From positions 7,316,001 to 7,380,000 of the forward strand of contig OX597830.1 of NCBI GenBank assembly GCA_951406725.2: a stretch of DNA of 64,000 nt. Direction: 5' to 3'. This document shows positions 13,965-27,640 of this stretch, in pieces; position 1 is the first letter of the stretch, and each line of letters starts with the position of its first letter. A model generated the notes under the pieces. The model saw only the letters and a program-made list of their open reading frames with translations, did not search any database and was not told the DNA's origin. Made by a program: the position numbers and the translations under genes. Source of the DNA: Octopus vulgaris. Lineage: Eukaryota.

Positions 13965-14440
13965 ACTGTTATATTTTGGGACGGTCATTTTTTTCTTTTT
14001 GCCGCATAGACACACGCACTGTATATTCGTTCTTCACTACTACTTTATGATTGTCCTTATTTTTGTGTTCTTTGTCTTAAACCTTTCGTCAGGCATCCTG
14101 TGACCCCTTCGGCGGCTCTACAGCTTGTATGAACTAAGCAGCACAGGAGGAGACGCGTGGGATGGGAGAGCCGCTGAAGGGGTCACAGGACGTGTGACGA
14201 AAGATTTTCAGATAAAGGACACTAAATTAAAAACAACAATAATACTGAAGTAAAGAAGGAATACACAATGCGTATGTTTCTTTGGCGAGAAAAAGAAATC
14301 AATGATCATGGCCGTCCCGAAATTTAACAATAAAAGATGGTAAGTCAATCCCTTATGTATATTCGTTCTTCACTACTACTTTATGATTGTCCTTATTTTG
14401 TGTTCTTTGTCTTAAACCTTTCGTCAGGCATCCTGTGACC
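13965..14440. mobile_element. Fold-back/MITE-like element with ~155-bp inverted arms, plus a duplicated arm segment
   Basis: Left arm 13965-14119 (TGTTATATTTTGGGACGG...CCTGTGACCCCTTCGGCGGCTC) is the reverse complement of right arm 14168-14332 (GAGCCGCTGAAGGGGTCACAGG...CCGTCCCGAAATTTAACA). 14356-14440 directly repeats 14021-14107. Confidence 0.75.
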
Positions 14441-15314
14441 TCATATTATGTATTCGAATTTGATTAAGTTTTAATTGTTTAAAATTAAAATATAATCATA
14501 GCTTTGTTTCTTGTGTTCAATTCATTGGTAACTAGTCAAGAGTGACATTAAGTGTTACTACCATTCTAACATTAACTTCATAAACAAGAACATAGAAACC
14601 AGACAACACTCAGGATTAGGGAGGGTTGCGATTCGCGGCTGCAGTAACAATATCTGAGGCAATGAAAAATGTCCCACTTCCAGACAGACCTAAGCAGAAG
14701 GTCACGTTTCCTACAAATAAATATATAAAATAAATGAAAGAGTTAATGTGAAAATATTGAAATCATTAGTAATCGTGATATATGCAGTAATATGATATAA
14801 ACCTGCATACAAAAATACATAAATACATACGCATACACCTAATGTGTATGTGTATGTATATGTGTATGTATATATGTATGTTTAGTATGATGTATTATAT
14901 AGTAATATTGTAATTATGTTATATACACTCGAATTGTAAACAAGCTAAATATACGACCAACAATGGCTCATTTCACCATCCACGTCCAAATTCTTCAAAT
15001 TTTCATTTTCTCCTTTCGCGTCGGATTCAAAATTTTTTTTTTGTGGCGTGATACAATACCTTTTAGTCGAATAAGTCTTACTTTCCTCCCTCTCTCTTTC
15101 TATCTCTGTCTCTTCCCACTCTCTCTCTTCTCCTCATTCTCCATCTCTCTCCCTCACATACACAATATGCATACACACGCACACCCCTCTTCACTTCCAC
15201 TTTTTTTACTCTCTCTCTGTCTCTCACACAAATCATACGCAAATCTCTCTCCCTCACTCTATCACCATTATCTCTCTTTCTTTCTCTCTTTCTCTGTCTT
15301 TGTCTCTCTCTGTG

Positions 15315-15352
<38 letters not shown>

Positions 15353-15826
15353 ATTCCATAATTTCGGTTCATTCATTCTTTCACTCTTGTTCCATTTTGG
15401 TTCGTTCTGTTGCACAATAATTTCAGTTGATACGTTCCATCATTTTAATTCCATTTTCACTTATTCAGTCATTCATTTTCATTCAGTAACTTCGTTTCCT
15501 TCATTGGTTCATTCTCTTTTGATTTTGAATCCTTCGTCCTTTTGCTAATTTCGATTCGTTCACTCCTTTATTTTTGTCCAATAATTTCATTTCATTCGCA
15601 AGTTTAATTTCAATCAAGATTGTCGGTTCATTCATGCATTCATTCCTGTTCAATTTCGATTCGTTCATTCGTTCAGTTTCATTCCCTTTGCAGTAGGTCA
15701 TTTGTTCATTGTTCTTTAATACTTTTCCTTATTTCTTCGTTCATTTTCTTCGAATCATTCATTCTTTTAGTCACCTCAAAATGTCTTTCATTTCTACCAC
15801 AAAACAATATCAAACCCTCTCACATA

Positions 15827-15964
15827 GAGGCCGGCATGGCTCTGTGGTAAAACGATTGCTTCCCAGCATCGAGTAGACCAAAACCTTGTAAGCGGATTTG
15901 GTAGACGGAAACGGAAAGAAGCCCGTCATATACATATACATGTATGTGTGAGTGTGTGTGAGTG

Positions 15965-16004
<40 letters not shown>

Positions 16005-16450
16005 TGTGTGTGTGTGTTTGTGTGTGTGCACGTAAACATCGAACAATGAGAATAAGTTTTCGAAACTATTAGTGGACAAAGATACTTTATTTGTGTATTA
16101 AGGCTACCATTGGTTTCATGTTAAGGAATAGCTCAACAATTATCAAGCCTATCACATGGCACAGCGGTGTTCGTCTCCATTTTGGTTGCGTGTGTTTGTG
16201 TGTGTGTGCATGTGTGTGCATGTGTGTGTGTATGTATTTGTGCCAGCGTTTGTCCCACCATCACAACCGGTGTTAGTATGTTTACATCCCCGTAACTTAG
16301 CCGTTCGCAAAAGAAAGGGAGCAGGGCATAGGATAAGTAACAGGATTAAAGGAATCAAGTAACGGTGCCGATTCGCTCGAATAAAATTCTTCGTGGGAAG
16401 TGCTCCAGTATGACCGCAGCATGACTGAAACAAAGCAATGATCTAAAAGA
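15827..16450 (+). mobile_element. tRNA-derived SINE, family B (interrupted, with internal GT microsatellite)
   Basis: Head GGCATGGCTCTGTGGTAA, internal GGATTTGGTAGACGGAAAC, and 3' part TGTTTACATCCCCGTAACTTAGC...GCTCCAGTATGACCGCAG...TGACTGAAACAAAG, collinear with the copies at 20.8, 25.6 and 38.2 kb. Confidence 0.7.
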
Positions 16451-16966
16451 CAGGCATAACGCCACACAACTCGGAGGTCACCAAGCTTCTGAGTGCACAA
16501 CTGACCCCATCCACCAAGGAATGGTCCTTACTTTATAAATAGAATCGGGGGGAGTTTGAACCTGGGTTGTTATACGACCAAAACTAAATACTTGATAAAT
16601 ACCATTTATTTGGGTGTTCTACAATTTCTGTTAGTTTAGCGCCAAAATAAATATGATTTCCTAATGAATGTGATGAGGTACTAAGCAAGGAGGTGGGGGG
16701 AGGTTTCAGCAGTATCGCCCCCCCCCCCACCAACAAACTCTCGCTAAATAAATACTAAAGAAAGAATACTAAATTTTGACCACACCCAACAGGAATTCAT
16801 TCATTTCTCTACGACCCCCTCCTCCTCCTCTTCCTCCTTCCACTCCCCTCTTCCTCCTTCTATGTGTTTCATTCATTGATACAATCACTCATTCGTTTTA
16901 ATGCTTCTTGGTTGGTTGGTTGGTTGGTTGGTTGGGCGGTTGGTTGGCTTCATTAATTTTGTTGGC

Positions 16967-17000
<34 letters not shown>

Positions 17001-17025
17001 ACGTATGTATGTATTTATATGTATG

Positions 17026-17060
<35 letters not shown>

Positions 17061-17070
17061 ATATATACAA

Positions 17071-17127
<57 letters not shown>

Positions 17128-17152
17128 TTCATATGCGTATATGTTTCTGATA

Positions 17153-17204
<52 letters not shown>

Positions 17205-17472
17205 TATGCATATATACGTACACATATGTATATTATATACATATATATATGTATATATATGTATATATATGTATATAAATATATATATATATGTATATAT
17301 ATGTATACATCCGTATGTTTATAGAAAAGCATACACGCACACACACATATATATACACACACATACTCACTACATACACGCGTGTCATATATCTGAAAGT
17401 GAATATGAACATGTGTATGTGCGTGTGCGTGCGTCTGCATGCGTGTGTGTGTGTGCGTGTGTGTGTGTGCGC

Positions 17473-17507
<35 letters not shown>

Positions 17508-17844
17508 CGTGTGTGTGTGTGTCTTTGGGCTGGTATGACTTTATATCCGTCTTTATTTAATGATGGCTAAATGCCAGCAACAATACAATCTTGCAATATG
17601 ATATTGTTGATTGCGGACCAAAAATATCGGGGCAAAACAAGGAAATAATTGACCACAATCAAACGACAAACAACCACTACAACAGTGACAGCAATAACAA
17701 CAACAACAACAACAACAACAATCCCAATAAAATGGTAAAAAATCAAAGAAACATAAAATGCAAAAAACAATACTCGTATTCATATTTTTAAAAAAACACA
17801 CACACGAGGACCATTAACGAAGGAACAATAGCAACTAGTAAAAT

Positions 17845-18065
17845 AATAATAGTTGTTTCTTTCTACCACAGGCACAATGCCTGAAATTTTATGTGGGTGT
17901 CTAGTCGATTTGATGGACCCTTGTGCAAAACTGGTACTTGTTTCATCGACCCGGAAAGAATGAAAATTAAAGGTCGGCTTCAGCGGAATTTGAACTCAGG
18001 ACGTAAAGACGAACAAAAGACCGATAAGCATTTTGTCTGGTGTGCTTGCAGATTCTTCCAGCTCA
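17845..18065 (-). mobile_element. tRNA-derived SINE, family A (decayed)
   Basis: Plus strand shows CTGGTACTTGTTTCATCGACCCGGAAAGAATGAAA...GCGGAATTTGAACTCAG, the reverse complement of the family A central block and B-box. Confidence 0.75.
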
Positions 18066-18097
18066 CGACATTAATAACAACGACAACAACAACAACA

Positions 18098-18174
<77 letters not shown>

Positions 18175-18178
18175 AATG

Positions 18179-18259
<81 letters not shown>

Positions 18260-18366
18260 GCATGTGGCTGGTATACCCTTATCAGACGGATAGTCATGAT
18301 GGGTATACTGGGCTTCGTATATTTTACCCCAGTGTCACTTTGATGGCATGCACTGCTCTCTCACTC
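18260..18366 (+). mobile_element. 5'-truncated copy of the (AAT)n-targeted non-coding element
   Basis: Near-identical to the 3'-terminal ~107 nt of element 28414-28969 (…GTACCCTTATCAGACGG.TAGTCATGATGGGTAT…GCACTGCTCTCTCACTC); preceded by (AAT)n. Confidence 0.9.
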
Positions 18367-18787
18367 CCACAAACCCGAAGGCATCATAGTAAATGATAAT
18401 GTAAAGATTCTTATGATTCAGAGCGACCATGAGATAGAAAATAGGAAGTCAGACATAGTCTTAGCTGAGAAAGAAACCAAACTATGCTGGGTCATAGATA
18501 TAGGATGCCCAGCTGACAACAAGGTATGCTTAAGGAAGAAAGAAAAGTCGATAGGTATGACAGGTTATCTTGGGAGGTAAAACAGTTGTGGTCGATGAAA
18601 AAGGTGGTAGTAGTATCAATAATTGTCGGAGCCCTGGGAACAGTGAAAAGTGCATAGAAAACATCACTACTTGGAACCGCTCGAATACTCCGGATGGTGC
18701 TCGTAAAATAAGAGGTGTTACCTTAGTTCACTGGTAGTGAACAGCTGGTGTCGGAGTACATCTCCAGTGTTAGAAGCAGTGCAAAGG
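18367..18787 (+). mobile_element. R4/Dong-clade RLE LINE, 5'-truncated, decayed
   Basis: Translates as HKPEGIIVNDNVKIL...NRKSDIVLAEKETKLCWVIDIGCP...WSMKKVVVVSIIVGALGTV...SLLGTARILRMVL*, homologous to the C-terminus of ORF 51445-52389. Followed by a 3' UTR and AAT repeats. Confidence 0.85.
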
Positions 18788-19207
18788 TAATGATAATAAC
18801 AATAATAATAGCACCACCAACCAAGGGAAAAAAACTAACACTCCCAACAGCAGAAATGAACACACAATGCAGCACACACCCCAGCAACACGGTGGTGTAG
18901 CATGTGATGTACTAGAAATTTGCTTCAATCTACCAAATATTGAACAGCTATATAATAATAATAATGGTAACGTTAAAACGAGAGCTTTTGTTATCAGCTA
19001 ATTGCAATGATGCTTAGATGGTCAATCAGTTTGCAAGAAAAAGTCCAAAAATTTTCCCTCAAATAACATCAGATTGACTTAAAAAAAAGAGAAAAACTTG
19101 TAAATTATTTCGTTATGTTGACCTAAATATATACGTCCTGTTTATAAAAATGACGGAACGGTCATGGACGGATTGTCTTTTATTATAGGTTTCCTCTATT
19201 GCCGTTG

Positions 19208-19455
19208 TGGAGGCGCGTGGTTTAGTGATTAGGGTGTCATGATCGTAAGATTGTGGTTTCGATTCCTGAACCGGGCGACGCGTTGTGTTCTTGAGCAAAA
19301 CACTTCATTTCCCGTTGCTCCAGTCCACTCAGCTGGCAAGAATGAGTAACGCTGCAATGGACTGGCGTCCCATCCAGTTGGGAAACACATACATCATAGA
19401 AACCGGGAAACCGGGCCCATGAGCCTGTCTAGGCTTTAAAAGGGCGCATTTATTT
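19208..19455 (+). mobile_element. tRNA-derived SINE, family C
   Basis: Head GGAGGCGCGTGGTTTAGTGATTAGG...GGTTTCGATTCC (A and B boxes), CORE-like TGTGTTCTTGAGCAAAACACTT, and tail GAAACCGGGAAACCGGGCCC. Related copies lie at 37.2, 37.5 and 39.1 kb. Confidence 0.8.
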
Positions 19456-20804
19456 ATATTTTGTATTACCGTTGATTTGCTTAACTTCTTGCACAACAAC
19501 AATAAATTAGACAATGAATATTGATATATAATAGGTTACGCTGTTTTCCTGGAAGTTGTCGTCGTCGTTGTTGTTGTTGTTGCGGTTATGCTTATATGAA
19601 AGACTTGCTGTGGAATGTACTTTCTCGCCCTCTCTGCTCTGAGTACAAATCCCATTGTACTTGATGTTGCGTTTTGCCTTCAGTCCTTCAGTGAATGAGA
19701 TGGTCACTAAAACAAACGACTGCGAAGCTCCCTTTCCTTCGTCTCCCAGAAAATCCCGTGGCCCAAAGGTTTATGTGCTTCGCTTATGCTCGCAAGGGAG
19801 GAGTTTCGAATTCCTCACCTCGTGGAACAAGAGGTCCATAACGAATTACCTTTATTCCACTTTGTTGCAGTTCACTCAGCTATCATTAGTATATCCTTAA
19901 TGTTCCCTCCGATCATTTATGAAGGGACGCAAGAATTACTATATCAGCTTGTGATTATAGAAAACTATAAGGGACCTAAAACTCTAAGTCAAAATGTGAC
20001 AGATGCCTTATCCCGTGCATACAATGGCGCAAATAATTCTGTTCTTTTATACAAACTGTTAATTCATTGAATCAAATTCTTAAGTTTTTGCTTAAAGATC
20101 ACAGCTTATCTTTTTAGTTGAAGCTATAGTTACAGTATGGTTGTGCTTTATCTGAAATCAAGCAGCAAATATTGAATCCCTGAAGACTTCAATCAAAGAC
20201 CTTATCAATATTAACAATATCAATATTAACAAAACTGATACACATCAGGGCTGAAAGATAAATGTTTGAGTTTATAGAAGCGATTTTTGAAAGTCATATA
20301 AGTTTTCCCAGTATATATAATTTGTGTTCAACTATATATTTTCGAGTTTACCAAACAATTATCATCCATTCTCATGAATTCTGGGAGTACTTGATTGGTT
20401 CTTGTCTCCCATTCACATTCAGCTTTGCAGCATTATCATATCTCACATAACAACTGAAATTATGACTCACTAAATAACTGAACCAAAGTTCCCATGTAAT
20501 ACCTTACTATACTTACGCCCAGACATAAAATGGTGATACATTGAATTAAGAAATTCACTGTAGGGGTAAATACGGGATTGCACCATAAAGTGTTCCTTTC
20601 TCTGTCCCTATTCTTACACTGAATTAGTGATGTTTTTACATGTCTAATCGTGTCTGAGGCCCCGCTATTTGTTTGGGATTCATTTTTAATATCCCGCAGA
20701 TCACATTAGGCATCTTCATTGGAAAATATACACACCTTAGCAAACATTAATGGACAATTTTCTTAATATATTAAGCTATATATATATATTATTTTTTTAT
20801 TTTT

Positions 20805-21189
20805 TTTATTTTACTTGTTTCAGTCATTTGACTGCGGACATGCTGGAGCACCACCTTTAGTCGAGCAAATCGACCCCGGGACTTATTCTTTGTAAGCCCA
20901 GTACTTATTCTATCGGTCTCTTTTTGCTGAACCGCTAAGTGACGGGGACGTAAACATACCAGCATCGGTTGTCAAGCAATGCTAGGGGGACAAACACAGA
21001 CACACAAACATATACACACACACTTATATATATATACATATATACGACAGGCTTCTTTCAGTTTCCGTCTACCAAATCCACTCACAAGGCATTGGTCGGC
21101 CCGAGGCTATAGTAGAAGACACTTGCCCAAGATGCCACGCAGTACTGAACCCGGAACCATGTGGTTGGTTAGCAAGCTACTTACAGCCA
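20805..21189 (-). mobile_element. tRNA-derived SINE, family B
   Basis: Reverse complement has the head GGCTGTAAGTAGCTTGCT...GGTTCCGGGTTCAGT, CORE-like CTTGGGCAAGTGTCTT, an internal TA/GT tract and the tail GCTCCAGCATG...TGACTGAAACAAGTAAAA. Confidence 0.9.
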
Positions 21190-21304
21190 TATATATATAT
21201 ATATATATATTGGGAGAATTCACGAAAAAAACAAAAATAAACAAGGACAGGTGGTGTAGAAAACAAACAGATGTTTTAGTATAACGCTCAGAAATTGAAA
21301 AAGT

Positions 21305-21339
21305 CTTTTACGTTTCGAGCCTGCGCTCTTCCACAGAAA

Positions 21340-21340
<1 letters not shown>
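21305..21340 (-). ncRNA. Minimal type I hammerhead-like motif (A6 mutated), probable Penelope-like element relic
   Basis: Sense reads CTTT-CTGTGGA-A-GAGC(GCAG)GCTC-GAAAC-GTA-AAAG. Stem I, stem II and a palindromic minimal stem III are present; the core has one mismatch to CUGANGA. The 130-bp unit (21210-21341) is flanked by (TA)n. Confidence 0.5.
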
Positions 21341-21407
<67 letters not shown>

Positions 21408-21437
21408 CTTACATAGAAGAGGATGCGTGGCGTTCAA

Positions 21438-21475
<38 letters not shown>

Positions 21476-21754
21476 CATATGAAGTACGAGTAAATGAAAT
21501 ATTAACTATTTTTTCGGAAAAACGAAAGACACAAATGGAGAGTATCTAACAACACATGTTAAATACTGGAAATACGAGACTAGAGAAGTAGCCAACAACT
21601 GTTGGCTAAAATCAGCGTGAATCATCGTGTATCACAGTGTATCATGATGGCGAGTATGACAGAACTGCAGCTTCGAGTTACTGACTCAATGGATCCGAAG
21701 GAGACACAACGCAGATTCCATTCAAACATTTTCACACTTATGTATATGCATATG

Positions 21755-21847
<93 letters not shown>

Positions 21848-22659
21848 ATATATGTTATATATATATATATATATATATATGAATGAACAAATAATATGTA
21901 CGAAGAATATTACATCTTTATTGAGAGAGAAAGAGAAAGAGTGAGAGCTACATACATTAATCCATCCATCCATCCATCCATACACACATACATACATACA
22001 TACATACATGCATACATACAAGCATGTATGTGTTTGCGTACATAACCACAAACACCGAGAGAGAAAGGAAGAAAAAGATGGAACCGTAGATAGACAGACA
22101 TATAGAGGGAGAGAGCGAGAGAGCGAGAGAGATAGGCAGGCAGACAGGCATAGACAGAGGAAGAGCGAGCTGTCAATTATTATTACGTTGCCTAAATATT
22201 AGCAAAACATAAATGTTACAATAAAAGGTATTATAGAATTAAGGGCAGACAACCCTGTCAAATATCACACATCAAACACTCCAACCGTTACAATAGTCTT
22301 AGATATTCTCCTGAATTAGTCGCTCGCGTGCCATTATAGTAGTCAAACTTTACAGCGTTAACCTTCTGGATCAATGTATGCTAACCATGCGATTATTAAG
22401 GGCCATGTTTGCCCCCTATAGCCTTAATAAGTTCGGTAATTTGTACCCAATCTACTTTCGCCTAATTTTCTAAAGTACCGCGCGCCAGTATATTGGGCCT
22501 AAGTGCTAACAGGTGGCTTAATCATGGCGACTGTTGAAATATGCTTCTGTCTGTGTGCGTGCATGTCTGTATATATGTCTGCGTGCGTATTTGTACGCAT
22601 GTACATATAAATATATATATGTGCTTGTGCGTATGTGTATATATATATATATATGCATG

Positions 22660-22712
<53 letters not shown>

Positions 22713-22753
22713 TCGAACGCATCTGAACATATACATACATATATAAACACACG

Positions 22754-22801
<48 letters not shown>

Positions 22802-23071
22802 TATACTTTATGTGGGAGTATGTATAAATATTTATGTGCGCCCGTGTATGTATATATGAAGATACAGACGCGAACACATACGCATATTAGCAACACACCG
22901 AAACGTACACACCCAACATCACATACACACATTTGGATACTCATAAAAACACATATATACATATATTTATAAATTCATGCGCACACAAACAGACAGACAC
23001 ACATATATGCATGTATAAGTGCATATGAATACCTACATATACATATACCAATACATAAACATATATTTATG

Positions 23072-23113
<42 letters not shown>

Positions 23114-23551
23114 CGTAGTTACAGCTACATATATATATACATCCACACATAAAACGTAACATGACCTTAAAGCAGTTTGGTGTAACTGAACGTCGCTAAA
23201 ATAATTTTATTGTTAGACTCACAGACTCACATCACAAATATACAATTCTACATGCACATACACACATATACTCACACACTCACACTCGCACATACATACA
23301 CAGACTCATGTATACACACACGACGCAGGCGCACCCAACAACAGCTTCAACAACAACAAATAAAACAACAAACCTACGACAACATGCATGAAAATGTCGG
23401 CTCGCGATAAACAACAGACCCAGTTTTTTTATGAACTTTGTTTCCAGAATAATTACTGTGAACAATGTAAACCACATTATTAAATGGTCTCTGAGCCACC
23501 CTTACCTCCAGCCTCCTTCTCCGCACCAAGCCCTAAAATATTCTTCTATGT

Positions 23552-23615
<64 letters not shown>

Positions 23616-23964
23616 CACTGCTGCTGCTGCTGCTATTTCTGCAATTACTGTTGAGCGTGCAGTTTCAATTGACTCAGTTAAACTCTGCCTTTGGCAGTCG
23701 AGGTTTTGGTCCTTGATCAACTGTTGCCGTAATGGTGATAGCGAGATTAAAACCTTGGATAGCTCAGCTCTAAATATTTAGAGAATGCAGTAGTATAAAG
23801 TGTGAAGTTATCAATCTATGTGCGTAGAAGATAAATGACTAAAGCTTGTGAGTAATAAAGAAACGGATAAATGACTAAAGCTTATAAAGTTATTTCTGTT
23901 TAGACGGATTTCAGAAATGTTTTCGGCACTGCTTTTCCAACCGAAATACAGAATGCGTGAAAAA

Positions 23965-24290
23965 CCGTAGGTGGGGAAGTGTGGTAATAAGTTTACCTTC
24001 CCACGACATGGTTCCAGGTTCAAAACCACTACGTGGCACCTTGGTCAAGTACCTTCTACTATAGCCTCCACTCGACCAGATTTGTGAAAGGAAAGAAAGA
24101 AGACCGTCATATGTATATATGTGGGGGGGGGTGTAATGTTTGTCCTAATTGAGTCCGTGTTTGTCACAACAACCCCTTGACAGCCAGTGTTGGTGTGTTC
24201 ACATCCCCGTAACTGAACGGATAAGCATGAAAAAAAGGCTGATAAAATAAGAACCACGCTTAATATAGATAAGCACTGGGGGTAGATTCC
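23965..24290 (+). mobile_element. tRNA-derived SINE, family B (decayed)
   Basis: GTGTGGTAATAAG...CATGGTTCCAGGTTCAAAACCACTACGTGGCACCTTGGTCAAGT...CTTCTACTATAGCC and TGTTCACATCCCCGTAACT match family B. Confidence 0.75.
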
Positions 24291-24639
24291 AGAAATAGAG
24301 AAATCGAAACTAATTTCACACTTGAAGTAACGCTAATAGCGAAAGCAAGATAGTTTAATATTTAGTTTTGAGGTGAAGGTACGCTACAGTTAAATGTTTT
24401 GGTTCAATTTTGATTCGTGTAACATTTTTGTTCTCACCCCCAAACAGATATTGACAATAATCCCAAACCGGGGACCGCTCTATATTTCCAGAATCCAAAA
24501 CGCTGGTGTATCAGCTGAATTGGCTTGAGTAAACTTCGTCTGATGACTTCTGTAAAAAAGTTGCTTGTATTGCCTTTCACATAATGTTCTCCGATGAGTT
24601 GTACCATATCACTTTCCGCATACACAGTATTTATACACG

Positions 24640-24670
<31 letters not shown>

Positions 24671-24848
24671 CTTTCTACTTTATATAAAACAAGAATATTC
24701 CGCGCACCACATAGTCGTAATATCATGTTATAATCATCTGTGCATTCGAGAAATCGTCGAAGCCTTATACACAAAAGTGTATGAGGGAATATATACAATA
24801 TATACATATTTAAACACACACACACACACGCGCATATTTATAATTATA

Positions 24849-24879
<31 letters not shown>

Positions 24880-24884
<5 letters not shown>

Positions 24885-25373
24885 TTAACAAGTGAAACTA
24901 ATTAGTACATAGGTAATGGTTTTTGTTATTTCGTATATTTTCATTTGTCTAGCTAAATTTTGTATGTAAAAGATTTTTAATCTTCAGATTTCTTTTAAAA
25001 TATGCTGGGCCACTGGTTTTAAATGATTAATATCAATTTCTACCCTTATTTAATTTTAAATAAAAAAAAAAGCTTCTCTAGCCAGTAAATTGACTGCTGT
25101 AGTTTTTTAACTGCAGAGTAATTTCCGATCTCAGCGCACCAAAGTGAAGGCATTTGAAGGATACACATAAATATAATTTGTGGAACATTATACATGCTGG
25201 ATTTCGGTCGAGCACCCTGTATCTAGTTCTAGAAATTGTGTTTCCTAAACGACAGACTACGCTGATGATCTTGTAGATGTTTACGTATCCATATATGTAA
25301 ATATTAACATGTGAAACTAATTAGTACATAGGTAACTATTTTTTTATTTCGTATATTTTCATTTGTCTTGCTT
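24880..25373. repeat. ~75-bp direct repeats bracketing ~345 bp
   Basis: AAATATTAACA.GTGAAACTAATTAGTACATAGGTAA...TATTTCGTATATTTTCATTTGTCT occurs at ~24880 and ~25299. Confidence 0.75.
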
Positions 25374-25493
25374 ATTTTTTACACTTTGGTTTTTTGCTGA
25401 ATTTTTTCTTGAGAACACATTCTTCGTGGAAAATAGCGATTTTGACGTCTATATCTAGCATACAAGCTGTCCACTTTTAGTGGTCAGTCCTCT

Positions 25494-25543
<50 letters not shown>

Positions 25544-25589
25544 AGTATGTATGTATGTATATGTATATGTATCTGCGTATATATGTATT

Positions 25590-26000
25590 CTTTTATTTCT
25601 TTCAGTTAGTTGACTGCGGCCTTGCTGGAGCACCACCTTTAGTCGTACAATCGACCCCAGGACTTATTCTTTGTGAGTCTAGTACTTATCCTATCGGTCT
25701 CTTTTGCTGAATCGCTAAGTTACGGGGCCGTAAACATGCCAACATCGGTTGTCATGCGATGATGGAGGGACAAACACAGACACACTAACATACATGCACA
25801 TAAACACACACACGCACGCGCACACACCCATATATATAAACGACAGTCTTCTTTCAGTTTCCGCCTACCAAATCCACTCACAAGGCTTAGGTCGGCTTGA
25901 GGCTATAGTAGAAGACACTGGCCCCAGGGGCCACGCAATGGGACTGAACCCGGAACTAAGTGGTTTTTAAGTAAGCTTCTTACCACACAGCCATGCCTGT
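25590..26000 (-). mobile_element. tRNA-derived SINE, family B
   Basis: Collinear over ~400 bp with 20805-21189. Confidence 0.9.
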
Positions 26001-26726
26001 ATATATAAGCATATAACTGTATGTATTTATGTATATATATATATATATATATGTTTTTATATATATATCTGTGTGTGTGTATGAGTTTGTGCGTGTGTGT
26101 ATATGTAGCTGTGTTTGTGTAAGCATACACCATATACGCTTGTGTGAATGTATTTATATGCATATATATGTCTGTATATACATACAGATAAATTTATATA
26201 TATAATCATAAACAAGATCGTATATACGTACAAGCAAATATGTATGTATATATATGCGTGTGCGTGCGCGTGTGTGTGTATGTGTGTATGTGTGTTTACG
26301 TAGAAATGTATGCCAATACGTGCGCATGGTAGGGTATGTATTTTTGAATATCTGTCAATATGGATGAAGCTCGATATATCAATCCGTCCAAGATGAAATT
26401 CAATTTTCTTTAATTAAGATTTAATTACTGCAATATTTAACACATATTTTCCAACATTTAGCCCAGATTTTAGTTCGTTGTTAATTACAACTTTCTAAGT
26501 AAACTTCATATCTGCGAAACATGTTTTACAGAATGCAGGCTCCAATTTGCCAAAACATATACATATATACATTCACACACACACGTGCACACATACACAC
26601 ACATACATACATATTTATTTACACGTATACAATATGTACACACAGATATATAAGCAAGCACGTATTTACTATACATACATGCACACACAAACACACGTTT
26701 GTGTGTATATATATATATATATGTAC

Positions 26727-26757
<31 letters not shown>

Positions 26758-26773
26758 CATACATACATACATT

Positions 26774-26831
<58 letters not shown>

Positions 26832-27078
26832 GGTTTGGAGATGATGTACAGGTATATTATATTAGAAGAAATAAGGTACTCAGAAATTCGAATGGTTTTA
26901 TATTTACAGATATTTATTTGTATAGTACATGTTTTTATACATCATATAACTTATATCATATATCATACATTAGCGCTTTCGTCCATTCTGGTGGAGTTTT
27001 CAAATTGAACTAGGTTCCTGTGGAAAATTTTTTTACCATTTTATAGTGTTATTGAGTGTGTAGTGTGTAGTGTATGTA

Positions 27079-27109
<31 letters not shown>

Positions 27110-27239
27110 TCATATATATGGAAAGAGTAATTATTTGGACTTTGGGTATATGGTTAGTAGTATGCCGATTAAAGCTTTTTCACTCTTTAGGTTACCTGAT
27201 GCCATCCGCTCTTTTGGTATAAGCGAGAGCTTATTTGGC

Positions 27240-27640
27240 GAATAGGTATTTATCGTTGCAAAGCATGGAATCTGAAGGAATTTGAAGAGAAAAGAATCAA
27301 ACGACGCGTTTGAAATATGGGTGTTTAGGAGAATGTTACAAGTCATTTTAGAAGAACCATCGGATGAATGAATGCCCGGTACAAGAAGATGAAAGACGAC
27401 ACTACTTGAACATTATGAAGAAAACAAAAGCTCATCAATCACGGCCATATTCGATAGAAAACAGTCTTAAGGAAGCAAGAGTAGAAGATAACAGATGGAC
27501 AAGAGGGCAAAGAAGGCAATGGATGAACAATATGACGAGCTGTTCGGACAAGTGTAGCAAGGTAGCTGGAGAACTTGCGCTTAATCGGGACGACTTTCGT
27601 TGTTGTGACATCAATGCGACTCCCGTGTAAGATTCATGAC
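27240..27640 (+). mobile_element. RTE-clade LINE 3' fragment, decayed
   Basis: Cross-frame translation CKAWNLKEFEEKRI..DAFEIWVFRRMLQV...HRMNE...HGHI...GQRRQWMNNM...ALNRDDFR matches the RTE post-RT C-terminal pattern (AFExWxxRRML, xGHI, GRxRxxW, AxDRxxWR). Confidence 0.75.

Noticed and set aside
24434-24625. Complex-looking minus-strand ORF (YAESDMVQLIGEHY...)
   Set aside because: No recognisable homology or convincing splice pair, and its start lies in a GT repeat.
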